IMG/VR virus record: IMGVR_UViG_3300032225_001111
Coordinates: 1-59,412 of that record
Reading direction: 5' to 3' (one strand)
Source of the DNA: a virus
Taxonomy: Duplodnaviria > Caudoviricetes
Length of the DNA stretch: 59,412 nt
The position numbers were made by a program, and so were the translations under genes. The notes beneath the pieces were generated by a model that had not been told where the DNA came from, did not search any database, and worked only from the letters and a program-made list of their open reading frames with translations. Every line of letters starts with the position of its first letter. Within the stretch, counting starts at the first letter, position 1. This document shows, piece after piece, positions 48,481 to 57,600 of the stretch.

Positions 48481-48948
48481 ATGTCAACACCAGTAACACT
48501 TGTAGGAAATCTAACGGCTGATCCTGAATTGAAGTTCACACAGCAAGGCAAGGCACTTGCAAAGTTCACGATCGTAACATCAGAGCGATACAAAAACCCG
48601 GACGGCAATTGGGAAGATAAAAACACAACGTTTTGGAATGTAGTTTGTTGGAATGGATTAGCAGAACACGTTGCGGATTCATTATCAAAAGGCGATCAAG
48701 CAATTGTCTTTGGTCGTGCGTTTCAAAAGTCATGGGAAGATGAAAAAACAGGCGAGAAGCGTCAACGAACAGAGGTTGAAGCAAAGAGTGTTGGCGCAGG
48801 ACTTGATCGTGCATCAGCAAAAATAACTCGATTTACCAAACCAGCATCAGGCGGTGCGGCGGTAAGCAATGATCCTTGGTCAACGCCCGCAAATAACGAT
48901 CCTTGGGCAGTATCGTCAAATCAATCGGACGATTTACCACCATTCTAA
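48481..48948 (+). CDS. ssb: Single-stranded DNA-binding protein
   Basis: VGNLTADPELKFT..., DPW repeats and DDLPPF tail (actinobacterial type). Confidence 0.95.
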   Translation: MSTPVTLVGNLTADPELKFTQQGKALAKFTIVTSERYKNPDGNWEDKNTTFWNVVCWNGLAEHVADSLSKGDQAIVFGRAFQKSWEDEKTGEKRQRTEVEAKSVGAGLDRASAKITRFTKPASGGAAVSNDPWSTPANNDPWAVSSNQSDDLPPF

Positions 48949-48976
48949 TCGGGCGTAGTGTTATGCTTGTCCGATT

Positions 48977-49114
48977 ATGGAACTCGATGAAGCCACGCCC
49001 CTCATTGCGTCAGCAATACGCTTGAATGAGATTTACAAATCTCTAATGGCGGGTGGTTTTACGCAGGACGAGGCTCTATCATTGATCGCAAAGATGACGC
49101 ACCCAAACGAGTAG
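48977..49114 (+). CDS. 45-aa hypothetical protein (not in ORF track)
   Basis: E.Y.SLMAGGFTQDEAL.LI motif. Confidence 0.55.
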   Translation: MELDEATPLIASAIRLNEIYKSLMAGGFTQDEALSLIAKMTHPNE

Positions 49115-49123
49115 GATCACCCA

Positions 49124-50398
49124 ATGGCACAAAGACCTGATCTCAACGAATTAGGCACAAGCGGCTTACGTCGTAGTGGCGGTTTCGTCCATGAGGAATT
49201 CCTTACCCAACTTCGAGGAAAACGAGGACTCCTTGTTTATCGCGAAATGGCAGATAACGATCCTGTTATCGGTTCAATCCTTTATGCGATCGAAAAGGTA
49301 ATCCTTCGTCTTGAATGGCGCGTTGATCCTGCTGATGATTCAGCAGATGCAAAAGCACAAGCAGAATTCATCGATGAATGTCTAGAGGACATGTCGGATT
49401 CATGGGATCAAACTCTTGCATCAATTCTTTCTATGCTCGTCTACGGATTTTCTTTCCATGAAATCGTCTACAAGATTCGCGGCGGTGAGTCAAAAGACCC
49501 AAAGCGTGATTCAAAGTTTTCAGATGGCAAGGTTGGTTGGCGTAAGTTAGCAATCCGATCACAAGAAACATTGAACAATTGGATGATGGACGTCGATGGT
49601 GGGCTACAAGGTTTCCGTCAAATGGATCCAACAGGCGGTGGATTCCGCGAGATTCCTATTGATAAAGGTTTGTTATTCCGCACTAACGTCAACAAATCAA
49701 ACCCCGAAGGTCGATCATTACTTCGTAACTCATTTAGACCTTGGTATTACAAGCGACGCATTGAAGAAATCGAAGCGATCGGTATTGAACGTGATCTAGC
49801 AGGTTTGCCAGTTGCCAAAGTGCCGCCTGAGTATTTATCAAGTGGTGCAACAGCCGCACAGCAATCTGTTCTTGCTAACATCACTCAGATCGTTCAAAAC
49901 ATCAAGCGAAATGAGCAAGAGGGTGTCATTTTCCCATTGATGTATGACGAAAACGGCAAAGAAATGTTCTCGCTTGAACTCCTATCATCGGGCGGTTCAC
50001 GTCAATTCGACACAGACAAAGTGATCAGTCGTTATGATCAACGCATTGCAATGTCTGTTCTTTCAGATTTTATTCTTCTTGGTCATGAGTCAGTTGGTTC
50101 GTTTGCATTAGGTTCACAGAAGATGGATTTGTGGACTATGTCAATTGATGCGATCGCAAAGTCAATTGCCGAAGTCATGAACCAGTATGCAATTCCACGC
50201 TTGATCGCGCTCAATGGAATGAACGCAGAACTCACACCTTATTTGAGTTATGGTCAAGTTTCACACGTTGATCTAGGCGAACTAGCCGATTATGTTCAGA
50301 AACTCACAGCGTCAGGTGCATTGATGCCTGATGCAAACTTGGAAGCATACTTGCGTGAACAAGCAAGCCTTCCACCTGCGGAGAATACGGTTGCCTGA
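49124..50398 (+). CDS. Portal protein (DUF935-like)
   Basis: YGFS..EIVY, NPEGRSLLR, ERDLAGLP, GSFALG; first gene of the head operon. Confidence 0.9.
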   Translation: MAQRPDLNELGTSGLRRSGGFVHEEFLTQLRGKRGLLVYREMADNDPVIGSILYAIEKVILRLEWRVDPADDSADAKAQAEFIDECLEDMSDSWDQTLASILSMLVYGFSFHEIVYKIRGGESKDPKRDSKFSDGKVGWRKLAIRSQETLNNWMMDVDGGLQGFRQMDPTGGGFREIPIDKGLLFRTNVNKSNPEGRSLLRNSFRPWYYKRRIEEIEAIGIERDLAGLPVAKVPPEYLSSGATAAQQSVLANITQIVQNIKRNEQEGVIFPLMYDENGKEMFSLELLSSGGSRQFDTDKVISRYDQRIAMSVLSDFILLGHESVGSFALGSQKMDLWTMSIDAIAKSIAEVMNQYAIPRLIALNGMNAELTPYLSYGQVSHVDLGELADYVQKLTASGALMPDANLEAYLREQASLPPAENTVA

Positions 50399-52668
50399 TG
50401 TTCGTTGTGCGCAAAGCGGCGAACGATCCTCAACCACCTCTTGATCCCAACGAGGAACAAGTAAGCAAGATTGTTCAACAGGGCATGACCGATGCCGAAA
50501 AAGCGGCAATGTCTGTTCCCGTAAAAGACGCGATCGCATCTCGTAACTATGAAGCGATCGTAGATGCCTTCCCTTGGCAAGATGTAAAAAACACACTCGA
50601 CCTTACAAAAGAGCCATTTGCTGATGCAACAAAGAAAAAGATCGGCACAGGATTCCCGACTATTCAATTCAAAGGTCGATTCGATTACACAGACCCACGC
50701 GCAACACAATGGGCAATTGATCAAAGCGCACGTCTTGTAACTGCGGTAACAGATGAGATGCGCCAGCAGATTCGTGACGTGATCGGACAAGCATTTACAC
50801 AGAACAAGACAGTTGTTGACACAGCAAAACAACTTCGAACATTTATTGGTTTGAACGCACGTCAGCAACGCGCTTTAGAAAACTTTATTGAACAGAACAA
50901 AGATAAACCTAATTTTGAAAAGTTAGTTGCCGACTATCGAGCAAAGGCGATCAAGTATCGAGCAACGATGATCGCACGAACTGAAATCATTACCGCAGAA
51001 TCAAATGGTCGTCAATTAGGGTGGCAACAAAGCATCGATGGCGGTTGGGCGCACCCTCAATCGATGAAGCGTTGGTCGGCGGCATTAGGCGAGCGCACTT
51101 GTGAAATTTGTGCGGCAATGAATGGCAAGTCAGTTCGTTGGGACTTACCTTTCCCCAATGGTGTCTTTGATGCGCCAGCCCATGTTATGTGTCGATGCTC
51201 AACAGTATTGCTAGAACCTGATTCATCACTTGCTCAATCATTCATGACAGATGCGCTCGCAGTTGATCCACCACCACGCGAATTCTTACCTGAGAAAGCA
51301 ATAGTCGCGATCGCAGGATTACAGAGTGCAAATCAAGCAGTTGCTCTTGCTCATTCAAGCCCTTCACGCGTGAGTTCGTTTCAATACGATTCAGGCGACA
51401 TTGCCAATCTTCATGTCGAGGCTGAGGCAGTCACATTCAATGGAGTTCCGTCAACCGCCCTCAAAATGAAACTCACACCGCAAGCAACAAAAGATTTAGA
51501 AAAGTCAATTGCTCGCGACAACGGGAAGAATTGGAAAACAAATAAAGGCATTGCCGTTCTTGATTATCAATCACCTGACGGCAAACTAGCGTTTGCAAAC
51601 ATTGATCAAGCAGGAAACCTAATAGATCACCCTGTATGGTGGTCAAGCAAAGACGAAGGACCAGTAATTGGCAAGTTTGGTGCGATCAAAGGCAATGCTA
51701 CTTACACTCGCTACTTACCCAACGGAACCGCTATTCGATTCATACGATCACCCGAAGGGGGCGATTCATTAGATGGTTTTGTCCGTGTAGTTATCCCACA
51801 AAAGCCTGATCAGAAAATTATTGATGAAACACTTGCAACGTTTCTAAAAGCACCACGCCTAGCCTCGGAAAAAGACGTAGAAGTTCTCAAAGTAAATCAA
51901 TTGATCAATGTTTTCAAGCCTAATGATAAAGACTTGATGGCGATGGGTCATGAAAATAGAAAAGATTATGTTGAAAAGATAGTAGGTAAGTATTGGGGAT
52001 TCAAACTTGCTGACGTTACGCAAGAACTTGATCAAGATGGCGCATTGCGTTTTCTATTACCCGTTGAAACAGCCGCAAAAATTATGAAAGCAACTGGGGT
52101 TATCCGCATTGATCATAGTTTGGGCAATTTGCTTTATGACTCGAATGGCAAATTTGATACAAAAAAAGTTGTTGCTATGTTTTCAAAGCCTACTCCCGCG
52201 CTTCAATCTACCTATACTCGATGGACACGGGGCATTGACATCGAGGGTTTGAGTTCAAAAACAGACGTTCGAGCAGGCGGCGGTGAGTATGTATTTATGC
52301 GCCCTATTTACTCACAAGATAAAACTCTCAGAACAGGATCAATCAATTTCCACGCGCCCGAATTATTCAGACGCTTGGATTGGTATGCGTGGGCAAACGA
52401 TAGTTATGGTGTTCGTAGTCCTGTGGCAAGATCGCTATGGAAAGGCGAAACATCATTTGATAACCCTAACTGGTTTGGTGAATTGATGGCTGGCAGTCAA
52501 GCCTTTCATCAGCCTGAGATTATGTTTCGAGGCACAGTTCCATTCAAACATGCAATCGAAATGATGGTCGACAAAGAAGCGAAAGTCCAAATAATTGCCG
52601 CATTGCAGAAAGCGGGAGTGGAGTCAATCAATGGGGATTCTCTTGATTTATTCTTCACTACCAACTAA
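50398..52668 (+). CDS. MuF-like head morphogenesis protein with about 480-aa C-terminal extension
   Basis: RATMIARTE, K.W......RTCEIC..MNG and PAH.MCRC MuF motifs in the first ~270 aa. Confidence 0.85.
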   Translation: MFVVRKAANDPQPPLDPNEEQVSKIVQQGMTDAEKAAMSVPVKDAIASRNYEAIVDAFPWQDVKNTLDLTKEPFADATKKKIGTGFPTIQFKGRFDYTDPRATQWAIDQSARLVTAVTDEMRQQIRDVIGQAFTQNKTVVDTAKQLRTFIGLNARQQRALENFIEQNKDKPNFEKLVADYRAKAIKYRATMIARTEIITAESNGRQLGWQQSIDGGWAHPQSMKRWSAALGERTCEICAAMNGKSVRWDLPFPNGVFDAPAHVMCRCSTVLLEPDSSLAQSFMTDALAVDPPPREFLPEKAIVAIAGLQSANQAVALAHSSPSRVSSFQYDSGDIANLHVEAEAVTFNGVPSTALKMKLTPQATKDLEKSIARDNGKNWKTNKGIAVLDYQSPDGKLAFANIDQAGNLIDHPVWWSSKDEGPVIGKFGAIKGNATYTRYLPNGTAIRFIRSPEGGDSLDGFVRVVIPQKPDQKIIDETLATFLKAPRLASEKDVEVLKVNQLINVFKPNDKDLMAMGHENRKDYVEKIVGKYWGFKLADVTQELDQDGALRFLLPVETAAKIMKATGVIRIDHSLGNLLYDSNGKFDTKKVVAMFSKPTPALQSTYTRWTRGIDIEGLSSKTDVRAGGGEYVFMRPIYSQDKTLRTGSINFHAPELFRRLDWYAWANDSYGVRSPVARSLWKGETSFDNPNWFGELMAGSQAFHQPEIMFRGTVPFKHAIEMMVDKEAKVQIIAALQKAGVESINGDSLDLFFTTN

Positions 52669-52677
52669 AATAAAAGT

Positions 52678-53046
52678 ATGATCAATCGCGAGGATGTTCC
52701 TAAAGAACTGATCACCACACCCCCATTGTGGGGCAATGGCGTTCCTGCTGAGTTCGTTGTATGGGCTTATGGTCCTTTCATCTTACAACGTGGCAAAGAT
52801 CGCCTTGTTGGTATGTATTTGATCGAAGATGCGCCTGACACGTTTTCCTTTTGGGATGGCGCACGATCACGATACTTTGCCCTTGAAGATACAAAGGCTG
52901 ACGGCGATTCAATCAAATTCAAAGGCGGTTCAATTCGCCCTATGCGCGTAGAAGATGCTGACCTTGTTCAATTAGACAAAGATAGAATTGGGCTAACACA
53001 ATCCGACGTTGTAAATCGCGCATTAGCACTATTTCAACCCGTATAA
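52678..53046 (+). CDS. Hypothetical protein (candidate partner/immunity for the MuF extension)
   Basis: Directly downstream; own leaderless TAAAAT-N6-ATG. Confidence 0.65.
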   Translation: MINREDVPKELITTPPLWGNGVPAEFVVWAYGPFILQRGKDRLVGMYLIEDAPDTFSFWDGARSRYFALEDTKADGDSIKFKGGSIRPMRVEDADLVQLDKDRIGLTQSDVVNRALALFQPV

Positions 53047-53077
53047 CGATAGAATGATCGTTTAGGGGGGTTACTAG

Positions 53078-55348
53078 ATGCCTTGGACGATCGAAACTAA
53101 AGCACCTGACTGTAAAGGGTTTGCTGTTGTCAACGCAAACGGCAAAACAGTTGGTTGCCATACATCGCGGAAAGATGCGCTCGCGCACCAACGCGCCCTT
53201 TATGTCAATGTAAAAGATGTCACTCAAAAAGACGACCCAACAGTAAGTGACGTTCATGTTGACACGATCATGAACCCAGCACTTATCGCATACAAAAGAC
53301 CCAAGAAGCCAAAATTTGCAAAAAGCGTAGATTCATTGATCATGCAACATGACAAGTTGCACACAATGACTGATCAACCCAACGATGCTCAACTTTATGT
53401 TCACCACGCTCTTATGGATGCGATCAATAAAGCAGGACAAGACGTAAGTTGCTCATGCGGGGTATGGTCAGAACCTCTACTCCTTAGTAGCGTTTCAACA
53501 ACATTCGAAGCACTTGCTAAATCAGATAACCCATCACTAAGTCCTGTTTCACAAATCATTCAAAGTGGAATTGATCAAGGCTATAAGTTTGCAGATGTTC
53601 TACACATGCTCGATGTCGGCGGCTTTATGATGGTTGTTCGACCAAAAATCGTTGATGAACCAACACCGATGCAAGAGAGTTCCGAGAAATCAGTTCTTAC
53701 TCGTATCAAAAACAAAGTAAGTGAAAAATTGAACGTTGAAAAAGAAGTGCCTACTTCATTTACGCCACCACAGGCGGTTCAAGATGAAGCAAAACGTGCT
53801 TTGCAATGGATCAAAGAAGGACACGCAGGATCAAACTTCACCGATGTTGGGCGCGCTCGCGCTTCACAACTTGCAAATGGTGAACCCGTATCAAGAGACA
53901 CGCTCGCTCGTATGAAATCTTTTCTTGCTCGACATGAAGTCGATTCACAAGGTCAGGGTTATCACATAGGAGAGGCTGGGTTTCCGTCACCCGGTCGGGT
54001 TGCATACGCTGCGTGGGGTGGGTCTGCGGCGAAGACTTGGGTCGATAAACTATTTCGACAGTTCGATTTAGCGAAATCCTATGGTCATGTAGAAACTGTC
54101 TATAAGGCAAATGAACAACGATTCACACTCGGTCCTTGGTACATACCAAACCAACAAGATGCGCATGGTGAATGGACTGATCCACAAGAGTTACAGCAAG
54201 GTCTATGGGATTACGTCAAGTCAGGCGATCGCAACATTCGACTTCAACATAACAAGAATGTTGTTGCAGGACAATGGGTTGAAACAATGACATGGCCTTA
54301 TGACGTGACTGTTCCTATGACAAAGGCAGACGGCACATCTAATCCCATTACATACCCCGCTGGAACTGTTTTCATGGGAGTAGTTTGGGAACCTTGGGCG
54401 TGGGATTTAGTCAAGGCTGGAAAACTTACAGGTTATTCAATTGGTGGTAAGTCAGAACGTGTAATGGTTGACTTCCCTGATGCAACAACAGCACAAATGG
54501 CAAAACACTTACAAGGAAAACATGATCAACGCACTCACGCGCATGGTCACGGCGGTGGCAGTCCTAGTAATGAGCCTCGCGCTGGAATGGGCGACATAAA
54601 AATTACTGATGAGATGGCGGCAGAAATGCAAGGTGGAAGTGCCGCGCCATTCTTGATCAAAGACGCGCAAGGCAATTGGGCTTTCACGCCCGAACGTCAA
54701 GCGATGCACGATTCAATAGTAAAGAAATCAGTTGATGGAATTCCTGCATCAACAAACCCAACCTATGTTGTTATGGGCGGTGGTCCTGCGGCTGGAAAAT
54801 CAACAATTCTTGAAAGCGGGGCAGTAAAACTTCCCCCACATACAGTTGAAGTAAATTCTGATCACGTCAAAACTCAATTGCCTGAATGGCAGACAGCAGG
54901 AGTCAATCGCGCATCAGTTACGCATGCCGAATCTTCTTACGTTGCAAAGCGCACTCAAAGCGCGGCGTTCGAACGCAAGCAAAACATTGTTCTCGATGGA
55001 ACAGGTGACACGTCACCAAAGTCAATGAGTGGAAAGATCGATACGGCTCACGCGGCTGGATACAAAGTCGATGCTCACTATGTAACATTGCCAACGAATT
55101 TAGCAATTGAAAATGCGGCGGCTAGAGCGGCAAAGACAGGTCGACACGTTCCAGATGAAGTGATCAGAACAACTCATGCTGGCGTATCAAACACATTCCC
55201 GTCTGTTGCGACTAAGTTTGATTCCGTCAAGTTATACGACACCTCAGTAAAAGGAACTGCTCGCTTGATCGCAGAAGGCGGTAGCGGCACACTCAACATT
55301 GTAGACAAAGTTGCCTATGACGGATTTTTAGCGAAAGGTAAAGAATGA
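53078..55348 (+). CDS. Multidomain protein: XkdF-like prohead protease plus C-terminal zeta-toxin-like P-loop kinase
   Basis: RFTLGPWYIP..QDAHGE, LQH, W..VK.G.LTGYSIGG (XkdF); MGGGPAAGKST, VNSDHVK, VLDGT, R...TGRHVP (zeta-like). Confidence 0.85.
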   Translation: MPWTIETKAPDCKGFAVVNANGKTVGCHTSRKDALAHQRALYVNVKDVTQKDDPTVSDVHVDTIMNPALIAYKRPKKPKFAKSVDSLIMQHDKLHTMTDQPNDAQLYVHHALMDAINKAGQDVSCSCGVWSEPLLLSSVSTTFEALAKSDNPSLSPVSQIIQSGIDQGYKFADVLHMLDVGGFMMVVRPKIVDEPTPMQESSEKSVLTRIKNKVSEKLNVEKEVPTSFTPPQAVQDEAKRALQWIKEGHAGSNFTDVGRARASQLANGEPVSRDTLARMKSFLARHEVDSQGQGYHIGEAGFPSPGRVAYAAWGGSAAKTWVDKLFRQFDLAKSYGHVETVYKANEQRFTLGPWYIPNQQDAHGEWTDPQELQQGLWDYVKSGDRNIRLQHNKNVVAGQWVETMTWPYDVTVPMTKADGTSNPITYPAGTVFMGVVWEPWAWDLVKAGKLTGYSIGGKSERVMVDFPDATTAQMAKHLQGKHDQRTHAHGHGGGSPSNEPRAGMGDIKITDEMAAEMQGGSAAPFLIKDAQGNWAFTPERQAMHDSIVKKSVDGIPASTNPTYVVMGGGPAAGKSTILESGAVKLPPHTVEVNSDHVKTQLPEWQTAGVNRASVTHAESSYVAKRTQSAAFERKQNIVLDGTGDTSPKSMSGKIDTAHAAGYKVDAHYVTLPTNLAIENAAARAAKTGRHVPDEVIRTTHAGVSNTFPSVATKFDSVKLYDTSVKGTARLIAEGGSGTLNIVDKVAYDGFLAKGKE

Positions 55349-55557
55349 CAACCGATACTCCACGAATTGAACGCATGTATCTTGAAATCCTTTTGGGTAT
55401 TGATCAGAAAGACTCGTTACTCAAACCCCTAACAAGTGCCGAAGTTGCACAATGGGGTCGTCTTGATAAGCAAGTCAAAGAGATTCAAGCAATGGGTGGC
55501 GAATTTGAAATCCCAAATGAAATCCCTGACTCAAAACCAGTATTTGAATCTAAATGA
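55345..55557 (+). CDS. 70-aa protein coupled to the kinase domain (candidate antitoxin)
   Basis: ATGA overlap. Confidence 0.6.
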   Translation: MTTDTPRIERMYLEILLGIDQKDSLLKPLTSAEVAQWGRLDKQVKEIQAMGGEFEIPNEIPDSKPVFESK

Positions 55558-55928
55558 TCATTTCCATCTTCAAACACCTTGCTGGAAAACATAATCAGCA
55601 TACTCATGCTCATGCAGGTCATGGAACGACAGGTGGCGATGCTGTTCACAGAAACTTGGCTATGCACATTGATCCAATAGGGGCAAAGATCGACGCGGTC
55701 AACTCAAATCCTACGATCGCAGGAGATTTAGCACAAGCAAAAGTCACATTGCATGCCGCATCGATCGCACCAACGGCTATGGCGAGCGCAAACGCATTAG
55801 GCAACACGCGCACAGCATTACAGACCGCCGCACGGAAAGTTACTGGCACAAACACCCCGTTAGCCATTACACTTGCTGACATAGGCAAACAAATACAATT
55901 GGTTGCAGACGCACTTCAAAGACCGTGA
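55554..55928 (+). CDS. Ala-rich helical protein with N-terminal KHLxGKHxQxTHAH tag
   Basis: Tag shared with an internal segment of 53078..55348. Confidence 0.7.
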   Translation: MIISIFKHLAGKHNQHTHAHAGHGTTGGDAVHRNLAMHIDPIGAKIDAVNSNPTIAGDLAQAKVTLHAASIAPTAMASANALGNTRTALQTAARKVTGTNTPLAITLADIGKQIQLVADALQRP

Positions 55929-55937
55929 GGACGAACA

Positions 55938-56447
55938 ATGAGTGATGAGAAATGGGTTTATGTGGAAAGCAACGTAAGCAAAGAAATGGTTGAAGTTGCA
56001 CCACCAGCGATCGCTGACGTATTGCGTAAGTTGCTTGCCAACAATGTGATCGTTTATTTCCGCGCACACGGATACCATTGGAATGTCAAAGGAATTCACT
56101 TCCCTGCATACCATAAGTTCTTCCAAAAGATTTACGAAGACCTTTATGAAGCGATCGATCCAACAAGCGAATGGTTGCGCAAAGAGGGTTATGACGCACC
56201 TTACACAATTCAAGATTTTATGGCTCTCACAGACATTCAAGAGCCGATCAAGCAAGTTAGTTTGACGGGCATGCTTCAATCACTTCTCGAAGGCATACAG
56301 AACTTAGAGGCAACAACAGAAGAAGCGTTCAAGATTGCAACCGATGAGGATGAACAAGGCTTGATCAATTTCTTAGGCGGTCGTTTAGACATGCTTGAAA
56401 AGTGGGAATGGCAATTGAACACCTCGGTAAATGAAGGTTGGATGTAA
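55938..56447 (+). CDS. dps: Dps-family ferritin-like protein
   Basis: HGYHWNVKG..F...H..F...Y...D...E signature. Confidence 0.9.
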   Translation: MSDEKWVYVESNVSKEMVEVAPPAIADVLRKLLANNVIVYFRAHGYHWNVKGIHFPAYHKFFQKIYEDLYEAIDPTSEWLRKEGYDAPYTIQDFMALTDIQEPIKQVSLTGMLQSLLEGIQNLEATTEEAFKIATDEDEQGLINFLGGRLDMLEKWEWQLNTSVNEGWM

Positions 56448-56731
56448 TGAGCATAGTAATCAACGACGGCAACAGCACACCTGTAACTGTTCACAATGTA
56501 GTTTTAGCAAAAGGCATGGCAGTCGGTTCTATGGTTTCATGGCAAGCAAGCGGCGGTGGTGCAACGGGCAAAATTGAACGCATCATGCGCGATGGCACTT
56601 TATCTATCCCTAATTCATCATTCAACGTAACAGCACAAAAAGATGATCCCGCAGTTCTTATTCGAGTTTATCGAGATGGCAAGCCTACCGATACTTTGGT
56701 TGGTCATAAAATGTCAACACTAAAGGGGTAA
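56447..56731 (+). CDS. Tudor-like (DUF2945-like) protein with MSIVINDGN leader
   Basis: VGSMVSW...GG...GKI...DDPA...VGHK.STL; TAATG overlap. Confidence 0.75.
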   Translation: MSIVINDGNSTPVTVHNVVLAKGMAVGSMVSWQASGGGATGKIERIMRDGTLSIPNSSFNVTAQKDDPAVLIRVYRDGKPTDTLVGHKMSTLKG

Positions 56732-57168
56732 TGATGAGCATAGTGATCAATGATGGCAATACTTCACCAGTATCGGTTCATCGTGAGGCAAGTAAAGCGG
56801 CATGCCCAACTGCAACTAAAGACATTGCCGTAAATCTTGCGCATCGTCAGAAGGCGATCAAGACAGCACACTATGGTCCTTTGAACCCCGCCGAACCTAA
56901 CGCAGACTTTTGGCAAGCAAAGGCTGACATGTGGGAAATTCCTATTTCAGAGGCAAAAACATCTCGTTGCGGTAACTGCGCGGCGTTTATTCAAACAAAG
57001 CAAATGCTTGACTGCATTGATGCAGGACTAACTGCTGGCGATTCTAATGCCCAAAATGCTTGGGATACGATCGGCGCTGGTAATCTTGGCTACTGCGAAG
57101 CATTTGACTTCAAATGCGCAAGTAAAAGAACTTGCGACGCATGGATAGCGGGGGGTCCTGTAAAGTGA
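56731..57168 (+). CDS. Cys-rich HiPIP-like protein with MSIVINDGN leader
   Basis: RCGNCAAF...GYCEAF...RTCDAW. Confidence 0.7.
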   Translation: MMSIVINDGNTSPVSVHREASKAACPTATKDIAVNLAHRQKAIKTAHYGPLNPAEPNADFWQAKADMWEIPISEAKTSRCGNCAAFIQTKQMLDCIDAGLTAGDSNAQNAWDTIGAGNLGYCEAFDFKCASKRTCDAWIAGGPVK

Positions 57169-57353
57169 TCAAGTATCGTAAAAACCAAACTATTTTTGTA
57201 AAGCCTACAAGCGGGGCAGTTCGTCCTGCTCGTATCACATCAGTCACAAGTCAAACATCATTGACTGTTTCATACAACAAGGGTGCAACAGCAACAGTTA
57301 CAGTCGCGGCTAACTCAGGAAAGACACACACACCTAAATTAGCATCTGAGTAA
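57165..57353 (+). CDS. Small basic beta protein, paralog of 57356..57541
   Basis: GTGA overlap start; I.VK.T.G..R.A....V..Q.SL.V. Confidence 0.65.
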   Translation: MIKYRKNQTIFVKPTSGAVRPARITSVTSQTSLTVSYNKGATATVTVAANSGKTHTPKLASE

Positions 57354-57355
57354 TC

Positions 57356-57541
57356 ATGGCTAAAAAAATTCATACTGGAACTGCTATTCACGTCAAAACG
57401 ACGGCTGGCAGAATTCGTCATGCGATCGTAAAAACAGTCACAACTCAAGATTCACTATCAGTTCAAATTGATAAAGGAACTGCCTTTGCCGTAACTCGCG
57501 CCGCATCAACAACAACTCGCGGAACTCAATTCAATCAGTAG
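57356..57541 (+). CDS. Small basic beta protein, paralog of 57165..57353
   Basis: Shared motif as above. Confidence 0.65.
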   Translation: MAKKIHTGTAIHVKTTAGRIRHAIVKTVTTQDSLSVQIDKGTAFAVTRAASTTTRGTQFNQ

Positions 57542-57600
57542 CAGTTTGTAACTCAAATCAATTTGGGACACGCGTTTTGTGCGTATTTCGCCCAACCTTA

